Shown here in pieces: positions 1-11,700 of a stretch of DNA of 64,000 nt (the first letter of the stretch is position 1; the number at the start of each line of letters is the position of its first letter). The position numbers were made by a program, and so were the translations under genes. The notes below the pieces were generated by a model. That model worked only from the letters and a program-made list of their open reading frames with translations. It made no database searches and was not told the DNA's origin. The DNA is from Octopus sinensis. Lineage: Eukaryota. The DNA is taken from positions 99,262,001 to 99,326,000 of the forward strand of contig NC_043003.1 in assembly GCF_006345805.1 (NCBI RefSeq), written 5' to 3'.

Positions 1-575
1 TCCGGTATGCTAACGATTCTGCCAGTCCGTCGCCTTAATTCTGTCTAATTTTAGCACAAGATCCGAAATTTGAGAGATGGGAGCCAGTCGATTACTTCGA
101 ATCTAGCGCTCAACTGATATTTATTTTATCGACCCCGAAAGGAGGAAAGAGAAAGACAAAGTCAACCTTGACTGCATTTGAACTCAGAACGTAAAACCGG
201 AAGAAATGCCGCTAAGCGTATTTGCTCGGGGCACTAATAATACTTTCTAATATAGGCACAAGGCCTGAAATTTGTAGTCGATTACATTGTGGACTAGTCG
301 ATTGTGGACTAGTCGATTACATCAACCCCAGTGTTCTACTAGTACTTAATTTATCGACCCTGAAAGGATGAAAGGCAAAGTCGACCTCGGCGGAATTTGA
401 ACTCTGAACGTAGCGATGGGCGAAATGCCGCTAAGAATTTCGTCCAGCGTGCTAACGATTCTGCTAGCTCGCTGCCTTTTCGGCGTGCTGATAATGATAG
501 TAATAATCCTCTTTTTCTATAGGTACAAGCCCGGAAATTTTGGGGTGAGAGGGGCTAACCGATTCTATCGACCCC
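1..575 (-). repeat. Cluster of tRNA-derived SINE copies (family A), two near-complete tandem copies plus fragments
   Basis: Repeated core GACCCCGAAAGGATGAAAGGCAAAGTCGACCTCGGCGGAATTTGAACTC(A/T)GAACGTA at ~130-190 and ~355-412; the minus strand has A-box-like TGGCAGAATCGTTAG and B-box-like GAGTTCAAATTCC. Confidence 0.8.
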
Positions 576-872
576 GCTCAAAATGTTGTGTGGGGTGATA
601 ACAGTTCTGCCAACTCGCCGGTTTTGCAACAAAATTTTAAATGATTTCAAACATAAGAACGATGCCTCATATTTTGGAAATGGGTTATTATCGGTTGTAT
701 GTCCCTCATGTACTTGATGGATATTTATATGATCAACCATAGTAGGATGAGAGCCAAAGTCGATAATATCGGAGCTAGAACAGACGACAAATAGAAACAT
801 AGCTAAATACTGCACATTACCGTTTTTAATCCATCCACACAATACACCCCACCCTTAAAAATATTGGTTTCA

Positions 873-1070
873 AATTCCTGCACAAGGCCAGAAACATTGG
901 GAGAGAGGGTAAGTCGATCACATCGACCCCAGTGCTCAACTGGTACTTATTTTATCGATTCCGAAAGGATGAATGGCAAAGTCGATTTTAGTGTCATCTG
1001 AACTTTCAGCACATAAAGACAGACGAAATGCAGCTAAGTAAGAATTCTACCAGCTTGCCGCCTTTTCCAG
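873..1070 (-). repeat. SINE family A copy
   Basis: Same CACAAGGCC..GTCGAT..GACCCCAGTGCTCAACTGGTACTTATTTTATCGA..GAAAGGATGAA..GCAAAGTCGA body as 1-575. Confidence 0.8.
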
Positions 1071-1203
1071 CCCCTAAATGTATTAGTAATTATTTCTAAT
1101 TTAGGCACAAAACAAGGAACTTGTGGATGAGGGAGCAATTATGTTGATGCATGTATTTGATTAGAACTATATTTTATTGATATGAGTGAGAGAAAGAGTG
1201 TGT

Positions 1204-1237
<34 letters not shown>

Positions 1238-1517
1238 GTGTGTCTGTGTGTGTGTATACGTTAATATATTTATTTTCATATCCTCACATAAAACTGCACA
1301 CATATTTACGCACTTCCATATAGCTAGAAGAACAGCAGCTTATAAGCATTCAGGATGAGCGTACTCGCCAAGACATGTTGACATAGTGACACAGATAAAA
1401 CTTATATTATGGCGCAGACGTTCCATTGAAATGCAGTTTAGTTTTATCAGATCATATCACAACTATACAAATGGCTTGCACAGACATTGCACACGTGTAT
1501 ACAAGTATGTATACATG

Positions 1518-1580
<63 letters not shown>

Positions 1581-1582
<2 letters not shown>

Positions 1583-1760
1583 CAATAAGAGGCTTCCAAA
1601 TAGGAAAGTGTTTGCTAGAAAGAGCAGTAGAAATCTCAAAACAAACAACATTTTTAATTTTCATTCCTTTCGAGAATTTATCCTTTTTCTTGTTGTTTTT
1701 GAGATTTCTCTACTGCTCTTTCTAGCACAACGCTTTCTATTTGGAAGCTTCTTATTGTAT
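1581..1760. repeat. Imperfect inverted repeat with ~70-bp arms
   Basis: 1581-1650 (TACAATAAGAGGCTTCCAAATAGG..GCTAGAAAGAGCAGTAGAAATCTCAAAAC) is the reverse complement of 1690-1760; the downstream 1760-1840 recurs at ~59080-59165. Confidence 0.85.
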
Positions 1761-1846
1761 TTCTATATGAATAATATATAGTCTAATGACTAATTCGTTT
1801 TTTGTGCTAGGCCACTGGTAATAATAATTATTATTACCTTATGTAT

Positions 1847-1893
<47 letters not shown>

Positions 1894-1932
1894 CACACAC
1901 ACACACACACACCACACCACACACACAACACC

Positions 1933-2330
1933 CACGGGGCGCTGAATAAATTGTCGTTTAAATTACTAAATTATGCAGAAATGAAAATAACACTAACATC
2001 TCGTTTTAACAGATATATATTTACTAAAATTACATAAAAATATCTTGAAATACTAAAGAGTAAATTCATTCTATAAAATTGCCATTGGCTTCAACAACCC
2101 ACGGCCTCCAGACGACTTCGGGATCTCCTGCAACTCTTCTGTGCGGTCTTCTTGTTTAAGTTGGTGGATGCTGCCATAATCTTGCTTTCAGTTCATCTTA
2201 CGTGTTACAAGGAGTTTTGTTGGTCTCTCGCTCAACTGCGCCCCTCACACATAACAATCAATGGAGTTGCAGTCTGGGGAGTTAGGTAGCGAGATGTTAG
2301 GGGTGATGTTATTCAGGTCAACATCCGAGC
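1933..2330 (-). mobile_element. Remnant of Tc1/mariner DD37D (maT-type) transposon, 3' end and TIR
   Basis: TIR-like CACGGGGCGCTGAATAAATTGTCGT resembles the TIR of 19236-20083; minus strand carries degraded PNSPDCNSID and SRLEAV motifs. Confidence 0.65.
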
Positions 2331-2339
2331 GTTAGGTAC

Positions 2340-2685
2340 CTTTTAAAATTCCTCTCTTCTCAGCCAGGCATAATCTGCACTTCCTACTGCTATTGAAGAA
2401 CGGTTTGCATCTTTCTAGGACCTTCCACTTTGTAGTGTACTCCGCGGCGCTTTCTCTCAAAGTCCAGACGTGCTTGATTAGAGTTCTGACGTTATGTCTC
2501 TATGGGCTGTTGAAGGACTTGTGGTTATCAAAGCAGGTTCTGAAGGGTCCTTCCGTTGCTCCCACATACTTCTCTACGCTCGGTTGTTGTTGTTATTTCT
2601 GCTTTGTAAACAACTGTCTCCGTATTGCAAGTTGTATTATCTTTGGATGAGCATCATGCCTCGCCTCAGGTGTGAGCCTGCCTAG
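2340..2685 (-). pseudogene. Penelope-like element GIY-YIG endonuclease fragment
   Basis: Minus-strand translation with one frameshift: VVYKAEI..KYVGATEGPFRTCFDNHKSF..TLIKHVWTLRE..YTTKWKVLERCKPF..RKCRLCLAEK, the same domain pattern as the ENs at 25137, 44800 and 50810. Confidence 0.75.
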
Positions 2686-2712
2686 TAAAATTTTATATAC
2701 CTACTAAATTCT

Positions 2713-3072
2713 TGTAGCTTGCTTCCCTACCACATGGTTCCGGGTTCAGTCCCACGTCGTGGTACTTTGGCCAAGTGTATTCTGCTATAGTCTCGGGCCG
2801 ACCAAAGCCTTTTTAGTGGATTCGGTAGACGGAAACTGAAAGAAGCCCGTCGTATGTATGTGTGTGTGTGTCTGTGTTTGTCCCTCCAACATCGCTTGAC
2901 AACCGATGCTGGTGTGTTTACGTCCCCGTAACTTAGCAGTTCGGTTATAGATACCGATAGAATAATTATTGGGCTTACAAAGAATAAGTCCTAGGGTCGA
3001 TTTGCTCGACTAAATGTTGTGCCCCAGCATGGTTGCAGTCATATGACTGAAACAACTAAAATAATAAAAGAA
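2713..3072 (+). repeat. tRNA-derived SINE family B copy
   Basis: AGCTTGCTTCCC..CACATGGTTCCGGGTTCAGTCCCAC head, GACAACCGATGCTGGTGTGTTTACGTCCCCGTAACTTAGC body, GACTGAAACAA tail; same family at 24674-25088 and 28500-28985. Confidence 0.85.
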
Positions 3073-3083
3073 CACGCTTATAT

Positions 3084-3118
<35 letters not shown>

Positions 3119-4377
3119 GATAGATATATATATTATATAGAGATTATATATATATATATATATATATACGTATATATATATATATATACGTATATATATA
3201 TATATATATATATCTATATATATTATATATATATATATACGTATATCTATATTATATATATATATATTATATTATATATATATATATATATATAATATAT
3301 ATATATATATATACGTAATAGCTGTCTGCTGGTCAAAAATAATGTTCCCTATAAATCTTAAATTCCTGCAACACTGACCTAGATTTTCTGTCACCATAGA
3401 AATAAACTAAACTTTGTAGGTTGTGTACGTGCACCCCCTTCCTCCCATAATAATGTTCTTATCTGGGTGGTTTCTGCTTCACTTCACTGACTTCTTTTGC
3501 GACTTCTTTTAGCCACTATAGCCATCTCTTCTCCAACAACGTAGTTTGTGAAATGAATAGATGTTTGATCAACATCTTTCCTCATATATCAGGAATTACA
3601 TCTGCATTATTATGGATACATTCATCTTCTCTGTGAATAAAATCTCTCCTCATATCTCCGGAAATTACATCTGCATTATTATGGATGGATTTACCTTTTC
3701 TGTGAAGCTAACAATCTTTTTAAAAACCTTTTATAAAACTGTGCATCATTAGAAAACATTTTAAGTCTGCTTACAATCTAACTTTGCTTTTCATAGAACT
3801 CTCTTCGATACTTCATGAGTGTAGCCTCACCCACTAGGATGTTTGGAAAACTCATATGTGCTTTGGCTGAGGAATACGGGACACTTATATTTGCTGCAAT
3901 ATTTGCAGCTTTAAATAAAACTGTTCTTCGTATGAAACAATTGTTCTGAACAACTAATCCATTCTTGTTGCTTTTTCTTGTTTATATCACCACCCCACAT
4001 TATTTTATGGTTAATGCCATAAGATTTCTGTGCATCTAAGTTAAGTACCACATTCATGTGAATTCATTGGAATTCACTTGAATCTTAATTGTTTTACTGA
4101 AATTATCTATACGTATATATATATATATATACAACACATTATATATTACACAATCATACATATATACAAGCATGTGTACTGGGAAACGCTGAATATCTGT
4201 GCAAACCATCTATATATATATATATATATCTTTAGAACATATACAAATACACATGCATACATGCATACATATATACCCTGTCGTTGATGTTGAAATTCCA
4301 ATGAAGGAGCCTTGTATCTAGGTTACAAACCGATTCTTTCTCTATTGGCAAGAAATCTTGAAATAAACTTAATAATG

Positions 4378-4578
4378 ACACACATACATACATACATACA
4401 TACATACAAACATACATACATACATACATACATACATACATACATACATACATGCATACATACATGCATACATTCATACATACATACATACATACATACA
4501 TACATACATGCATACATACATGCATACATACATGCATGCATGCATGCATGCATACATACATACATACATACATACATT
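4378..4578. repeat. (CATA)n/(CATG)n microsatellite
   Basis: Directly visible tetranucleotide array; source of the HTYI/MYVC pseudo-ORFs. Confidence 0.95.
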
Positions 4579-4834
4579 TCTGTACAGCAGTAGGCAAACA
4601 TCAGCTGTCCAAAAATCTTAACATAAATTTAAAGATAAAAGAAAAAGCCCTTACGTTTCAGAAAGAAATGATAAATCTCTTGATAATACGATCGGATTTT
4701 GAATTTAAATTCATACCTGTAATTACTAGAACGCTTGTTATATAATTAACTACTCCACCAACAATATTGAGAAACCAGAACGAATGCGATGAAAAGCGCA
4801 TGGCAATTTTCGTCTGTGTGCTTTTTCCTCATTT

Positions 4835-5255
4835 TTCATCTGTTTGAAGAAAGGCTGAAGACGCTCGACTTTTATTCTCTAGAAAAACCACGACGCCGTG
4901 GTGATCTCATTCTTGCTCACAACATCATAAGCGGAAAGTGTAACCTCTCGAAAGAGCTGTTCTCCACTCCTGGTCCAGAGCGTCGACTGCGGTCACTCCG
5001 AAAAGCTCTATCTGCGATGATTTCATCTCAATCGAAGGAGAGGGGCTTTCTCCGTCCTGGTTGCGGATCCGTGGAATAAGCTGCCGGACGAGATAGAGTG
5101 ATGAGCCGACGACCGCTCGGTTCAAAGTCTCTCTTGACCAGAAATCGCCTGAACTCTTTGCATGAACACCCTCCCTGTACATAACTCCATGTCCCCCTAC
5201 ATGGCCTTGCTTTTTGCTTTTTGAGCTAAAAAAATTAACTTAACTTAACTTAACT
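4835..5255 (+). mobile_element. 5'-truncated CR1-clade LINE 3' end
   Basis: ERLKTLDFYSLEKPRRRGDLILAHNIISG, then degraded RLRGH..KL and RVADPWNKLPDEIV motifs typical of CR1 ORF2 C-termini; short-repeat tail (TAACT)n at ~5237-5255. Confidence 0.8.
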
Positions 5256-5420
5256 ATTGGGTAGGCTGTTGCATTCATGACCATAATTTCAAAAGTCTGA
5301 TCCCGGTCAGTATGCAATGTTCTTCAGCACTTCACTTCACATTGCTCCATCTTAATCAACTAAAAATAAATATCAGCCGACTAATGGTTCAGCTCCATCC
5401 CCTCCTTCTCTCTCTCTCTC

Positions 5421-5454
<34 letters not shown>

Positions 5455-5457
5455 CTC

Positions 5458-5557
5458 NNNNNNNNNNNNNNNNNNNNNNNNNNNNNNNNNNNNNNNNNNN
5501 NNNNNNNNNNNNNNNNNNNNNNNNNNNNNNNNNNNNNNNNNNNNNNNNNNNNNNNNN
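5458..5557. other. Assembly gap (100 N)
   Basis: Run of exactly 100 N between a (CT)n tract and an (AT)n/(ATGC) tract. Confidence 1.
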
Positions 5558-6049
5558 CATATATATATGTATATGCATATATATATATATGCATATATAT
5601 ATATGCATATATATATATATATATATGCATCTCCATGCATATATATATCCAACGATATATTTATATATGTAAACATTTACATGTATATGCACATAGTTTA
5701 TATATATATTATATATTTACATACATACATAGATAGACATTACAGGTACAGGCATACAACATATATATATGCATGCGAACACACACATATACATATGTTA
5801 TAATCCTATATGCATATATATTATATATATACATATATATGCATATATATATAACATATATATATACATATATATGCATATATATATATATATTTTATCC
5901 ATAATATATATTATAGTGCATATATAATATACATATATATGCATATATATATATTATATATGCATATATATGCATATATATATATATATACATATATATG
6001 CATATTATATACATATATATGCATATTATATATATATACATATATATGC

Positions 6050-6099
<50 letters not shown>

Positions 6100-6357
6100 A
6101 TATAATATATATGCCATATATATATATGCATATATATTGTATCTGCATATATATATATATATTATAATATATATATATATACATATATATGCATATATAT
6201 ACAATATATGCATATATATGCATATTATATATGCATATACATATATATGCATATATATGTATATAAATATATATATATATATATATATAGATCATATACA
6301 TATATATGCATATAATATGCATACATATATATGCATATACATATGTATGTATGTATA

Positions 6358-6413
<56 letters not shown>

Positions 6414-6465
6414 CATATACATGTATATGTTACATATATAAATATATCGTTGGATACATATATGC
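5558..6465. repeat. Compound (AT)n/(ATGCAT) microsatellite field
   Basis: Directly visible low-complexity sequence. Confidence 0.95.
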
Positions 6466-6467
6466 AT

Positions 6468-6758
6468 GGAGGCGCATTGGCCCAGTGGTTAGGGCAGTGG
6501 ACTCGTGGTTGAAAGATCGTGGTTTCGGCTCCTAGACCAGGCGTTGTGTGTGTTTATTGAGCGAAGTCACCTAAACTCCACGAGGCTCTGGCGCCCCCTG
6601 TTGTTCTCTTTCGCTCCAAGTTTCTCTCAGTCTTTCTTCCTTTTTCTTGAGTAACGCTGTGATGGACTGGCGTCCCATCCAGCTGGTGGGAACACATACG
6701 CTGTAGAAACCAGGAAACCGAACCCTTGAGCCTGGCTAGGCTTGAAAGGGCACATAAA
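6468..6758 (+). repeat. tRNA-derived SINE (family C) with a Meta/V-domain-like central segment
   Basis: Head GGAGGCGCATTGGCCCAGTGGTTAGGGCAGTGGACTC (A box) and GGTTTCGGCTCC (degenerate B box); central CTGTGATGGACTGGCGTCCCATCCAG..GTAGAAACCAGGA resembles the MetaSINE conserved domain as I recall it. Confidence 0.6.
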
Positions 6759-8304
6759 TAATATATGTATATATATACATACATACACACATATATATAT
6801 ATATTTATATATATATATATGTGTGTATATGCACACATATACACATGTATGTGCATACCTTTGTTTTCACTAGGTAAGATGGTTTCATCTCGCAATCACA
6901 CCAGTAAAACCCATGTGATGAACTCAGTTGTTAATTTCCATTAAAACGTGCCTGGCTTTGCACTTTTTTTGGTCTGTGATGCACATTTTGTATATTGAAA
7001 CGACTGTAATCACACACACACTCATACACACACTACATCCATTCTAAGGCAAATATTTCACATGTTATGTTGTATGTGTATATAAATTATATAAGAACTT
7101 CAACTGGTATCAGTGTTTCATTGTTATTTTCAGAAGCTGAATGATCTGACAGCCTGTCATGACATAACAGAACTAGCTTCAATTTGATGCCTTACAGTGG
7201 CCAGCTTGGTGCCTCTCTACTGTGAATTCATTTTCTTTCAGAATAAACCTTTGATGAGTTAATAAAATAACTACTGAGGTCTATTCTATCAAGAATTTTC
7301 CCTTGCAGCAATTATTGTCGTTCTTTTATTATCCACAGCATTGTTTTTATTAAGCTAGTTTTTGAAGACTATTTTCTCTATTCTGTTGTGAGTGCTGTTT
7401 TATTGAGGTTAGCATGGCCAGTTCTAATACCAGATGTTCTGGTACCTATTTGTCACAGCTTTGTGACTTAACACTTACAGTTAGAGTGAGTTGTCCAAAA
7501 ATGCAATAAATGCTTGCAGTAAATAGGACGCAATGTACCATGAATACATCATTCATTCCATTAACATACTCCTGTTGAAAATTGCAATTTTGTAAATAAT
7601 GAAGAATTTAGTAAAATAACTTTGATGTATTTAGTTAGTGGGTGGAACATTTATTAACAGAAGTTAATGAAGGTTTTAGTTTAGATCACTTTAACTCTTT
7701 TGTTACATGTTTCTGTCAAACTACACTGACATTTCTATTAATTTTGAAAATTCTGAAGAACTTAGTAAAATATCTTTGCTATATTATTAAGCTGGTGAAC
7801 GGAACATTTATTAATATGGAGTTTTTTTTATTTAGATTTCTTTGGAAAAGGAAGTTTGCATTTTATAACCAGGAACAGTCTCAGATGGGTTGGTATTTAT
7901 AGGATTGATAGAGCAATGTCATATGTATTTGGTATTTCAAGTTTCCTTGTGTATAACAAGTCCATATTTTCAGAACATGTTGCCTCCTACTAAAGCCTTG
8001 GGCCAAACAAAGCCTTGTGAGTGGGTTTGGTAGAGGAAAACTGAAAGGGGCCCTGTGTGTGTTACCCTTTCTTGGTATTGCATGGTAGTTGTGAACAAGT
8101 ATCTCCATCATACAAGTAGTGTCATTTGTTTCCAATTTTCTGTAAGAACATGTCTGATCATAGTGAAATATTATCTTGCTTGGAAACAGGTGATGGTTGA
8201 CAACAGGAAGGGTATTTGGTTGTGGAAAATCTGCTTAAAAAAATTCCTATCTGTGTAAGCATGAAAAAGTGAACGTTATAATATTTCTTTTTCCTTTTTA
8301 TTAT

Positions 8305-8418
8305 TAAAGAAAGGCAAAGTTGACCTTGGTGGAATTTGATCTCAGAACGTAAAGACGGACGAAATGCTGATATGCATTTTCCCTGGCATGCTAACAGTTC
8401 TGCCAGCTCGTTGCCTTT
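8305..8418 (-). repeat. SINE family A, 5' half
   Basis: GAAAGGCAAAGTTGACCTTGGTGGAATTTGATCTCAGAACGTAAAGACGGACGAAATGC. Confidence 0.75.
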
Positions 8419-9555
8419 GCTACTGTTAATATTGGTACACTCTTATCACTGAATAACATCGAGATATTTGGTATACATACAATGATATAACTTTTATCAA
8501 ATGACTCATGGTGGCAAAATATACTTCCAAAGTTACTCATCATGTGACAGAGAATACTATAATTATTCTTAATACATTCCAGAAGATTCAAACGTCAATG
8601 TGCTAATCACTGTTTTTCATCATTGGAGAACAACTTCGAGATGAATGTGTTTTCATAACATACTTGATTCATTAGCGTAAGGGTGCTTTAGTTGTGTCTC
8701 ATCAGGCAAATGCAGCTTGGACTAATGAACCTAACATGAGTTTGTGGCTTTTTCTTTGTAAGTTCAGCAAACATTATTCATTGATACATGCTGACATTTG
8801 CCAACCGATAATAAATTGTTTTTTTGTATGGTGAACAGTGAATTAAAAATACACTGTTATCTGTTTGATTCTCACTGTTCACCTAAGTCTGCTTTGTACA
8901 CTGCTATTTTGGTGAGAGTCAGTTTTATCCAGGATACCCTACCAGTTTAATAAATCCAGTTCTAGTACTTGCTCCTCACATCTCTGTAGATGTAATGTCT
9001 TGTTCAAGGATGCTCTAAGAAAGGTTGCAGTAAGTATGACCTCAACAACCTATTTAATCTGTTGGTAGTAGCAATGCCATATGTATAGCCATTTCAGATC
9101 TGTAACAAATTGATATTTTCTGAATGTGTGTGTATTTTTCTTATAATAAAAAAAGATTCCTCCATTTCAACACTAATAGTAGCAGTGGGTGTGTATTCTT
9201 ACTGTTGAGTTTTCTACCTGTTGTCTTGTCCTTTACTCCCTGCCCCATTTATCACTTTACCTTTTCATCATTTGGGCTTGCTTAAATCTCTCTCTCTCCT
9301 CTCTTTCTCCAGTGGGAGATAACTCTGTCCAACACAATGTCAGATGTTTCACATAATCTGTGAAATTGCTTCATTAATACATGTATAAATACTAACAATA
9401 ACTTATGGAATAGTAGTTAAAATGTTGAGCTCATGTTCGTATGGTCAGAGTTCGATTCTTGGACCAGGCAACGTGTTGTGCCTTAATGTTGTTCCATTCT
9501 ACTGAGCTATGAGTTCTAGCCATCTATCGGTGCTACTCTCCGCTGAAGGAATTAA

Positions 9556-9773
9556 CCTTTTAGCATTTAAACCGGCCATATCCGGCCAAAAGTATTCTGC
9601 CTGTTTTATGTTCAAACTGACTAGATCTGGTCTCTCACACCAGCCCTACAATATCGTTTTAAAAATTAGCTACCTCATCAAAATCTCAAAGTTACAAGAT
9701 AATGCATGATTCATTCAAAACAATGTAGATGAAGAAGCATTAATTTTGGCAGAATAATGCGAACACTAAAGGG
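9556..9773. mobile_element. piggyBac-type MITE
   Basis: TTAA at 9552-9555 and 9774-9777 flank CCTTTTAG...CTAAAGGG terminal inverted repeats; no coding capacity. Confidence 0.75.
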
Positions 9774-9869
9774 TTAAAGATGGCATTGAAAGTTAACAAA
9801 ACAGTTTACTTGTGAGTTCTTGGGAAAGATATTCTATCAAAAGCACTGTGTTTAACAGGCTCAAGGCCT

Positions 9870-10045
9870 ATAATTTTGAGGATGGGGTTAGTCAATCACA
9901 TTGACTCAGTGCTGAATTGGTCCTTATTTTATCGACACTGGAAGGATGAAAAGCTAAGTCAACCTCGGCGGAATTAGAATTCAGAACATAAAGAACTGGA
10001 AGAAATGCCTCTAAACATTTTGTCTGATGCATTAATGATTCTGCT
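9870..10045 (-). repeat. SINE family A copy
   Basis: TTATTTTATCGACACTGGAAGGATGAAAAGCTAAGTCAACCTCGGCGGAATTAGAATTCAGAAC..GAAATGCCTCTAA. Confidence 0.75.
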
Positions 10046-10879
10046 AGATATTAGTATTTAGTCCAACATTCTACCAACATTTCTCATTCTGAACCCAAAT
10101 TGCTCCTCATGAAACAGCACTGTTATTTTACTTGAGGGATATGTGTATATGACAATGCAAGAATATATTCTTAGACTAGTTTTAGTAATTCGGGCTGAGG
10201 CCTTGCTGAGGCAAAGCATTTTTAATTGATTATATTGATCTAAGTCCTTTGGTATTTGTCATCGTTCTCTCAAAATGTGAACTGTAAAATGCGCATCAAC
10301 ATAGGGGGAGATAACTCTGTCAAAAATATTGCGTATTATTTTTTCTTCAGATATACATGCATGTGTATATACTGTTACCAGTCATGCTAGGGGATCGTCA
10401 AATACATCATCATCACCGTTGCAATGTTCACTTTTCCATGCTGGCATGAGCATGAGTCAAAATTTGTTGACGCAAATTTTCCATGGCTGGATGCCCTTCC
10501 TGTCACCAACCCTCACCTGTTCCCAAGCAAGGTAATATTTCTCTATGGCTACACATGTTTTTTCACCGAAGATTGGAAGCAAATGTTATTGCTTGTCTGA
10601 TGTTAATACTTCATCACAACCATCATGTGCTGCCAAGACAAGGAAACGCGCATACACACGCACACATCAACAGACTGCATGTGTAACTAGCAAAAAGTAA
10701 ACTTCTGGACTGTTGGAGATAGAAGACTAGATGTTATTAAATGACATAGGTATTGAACATTTACATTCAAAACCCCAAGTTTCCTGCTAGAGATTTTATT
10801 CGATTCTCGTTATCGTTCTTCAGCTGCTGCCAGCGTGTTTAGTCACACGGTTGGTTCATCTTCTATATTAATAAAAGCG

Positions 10880-11300
10880 AAATCCTGCCTATCCAGTATC
10901 TCAGTCTACATTTGCTCTCCATAGACATATATGGTTTTGGAATCGGGATGATCCCAGGATTGAAAATTTGCCCTTCATTTAGTTTTTGGACATCAAGCAT
11001 TGGGATTTGATTTAAAATCATTTAGGTTGCTATTTCTAGCAGGTAAACCATGGCTGATTCACACCATCTTGGTTAGCATTTGTGAGATAACGTCAGATCA
11101 AGGGGGAGGTAAATGATATTAGCTTTGTTAATTTTACGTTGAGATAAGAACTTAGGGACAAATTGGCCAACATTTGGAATTTAATTTGGGACTGAATAAG
11201 ATGATTGCATTACAGAATTAATTCTCAGCTGTCCTTAAACTCTGATTAAACACCACTGGGGCATCATGCCGCAGGCCCAATTAACCAACTTTTAAGCTAG
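10880..11300. repeat. Unclassified dispersed repeat, copy 1 (family F)
   Basis: Colinear, diverged match to 37280-37775 (TTTTGGAATCGGG.TGATC.CAGGATTGA, GGTTGCTATTTCTAGCAGGTAAA, CAGAATTAATTCTCA, GCCGCAGGCCCAATTAAC). Confidence 0.75.
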
Positions 11301-11399
11301 TATATGATAAACAAACATATCTTGACTTGCGTCAATAATTGGTTCCTAGAATCCAACTTCTTAAAATAATGACACATATTTTAAAAACATTGCCAGTAT

Positions 11400-11555
11400 G
11401 GGTGTGTGGTAAGAAGCTTGCTTCCCAATCACATGTTTCCAGGTTCAGTTCCACCGCGTGGTACCTTGGGCAGATGTCTTCTACTATATCCTCAGGCTGA
11501 CCAAAGCCTTCTGAGTCGATTTGGTAAAGGGAAACTGAAACAAACCTATTGTGTG
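11400..11555 (+). repeat. SINE family B, 5' part
   Basis: GGTAAGAAGCTTGCTTCCCAATCACATG..GGTTCAGTTCCACCGCGTGGTACCTTGGGCAGATGTCTTCTACTATA. Confidence 0.75.
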
Positions 11556-11556
11556 T

Positions 11557-11600
<44 letters not shown>

Positions 11601-11700
11601 AGAGAGAGAGAGACTTATAAGTAGAGGATATAATAAAATGATTATATCAGTGGCTAGCGTATAAAAAAACCACCATACTGGTAAAATAGATTTTTAAGTA

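Noticed and set aside
555-842. 95-aa minus-strand ORF as a host exon
   Set aside because: No recognisable domain or splice context; flanked by and overlapping SINE fragments.
1350-1390. Hammerhead relic (GGATGA-GCG tact CGC..ACATGT)
   Set aside because: Both core strands need several changes and stem I does not form.
3312-4110. pogo/Tigger-like remnant with a ~65-bp internal duplication (3578-3706)
   Set aside because: Only a faint HTH-like peptide (KAANIAANISVPYSS) and no paired TIRs; not supportable.
5270-5335. Minus-strand CTGAAGA..GAAA..GTC hammerhead
   Set aside because: Stem I does not pair; the region reads better as a decayed family D SINE on plus.
6468-6540. tRNA genes at SINE heads (also 38120-38192 and 25030-25088)
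   Set aside because: A/B boxes are present, but there is no complete cloverleaf and each continues into a SINE body.
1426-6836. [12 protein letters not shown] and LSLS ORFs here and throughout the window
   Set aside because: These are translations of (AT)n, (CATA)n, (CA)n and (CT)n microsatellites.
10310-10352. Minus-strand CTGAAGA with an AAAAATA/TATTTTT stem
   Set aside because: Followed by GACA rather than GAAA, with no stem I.
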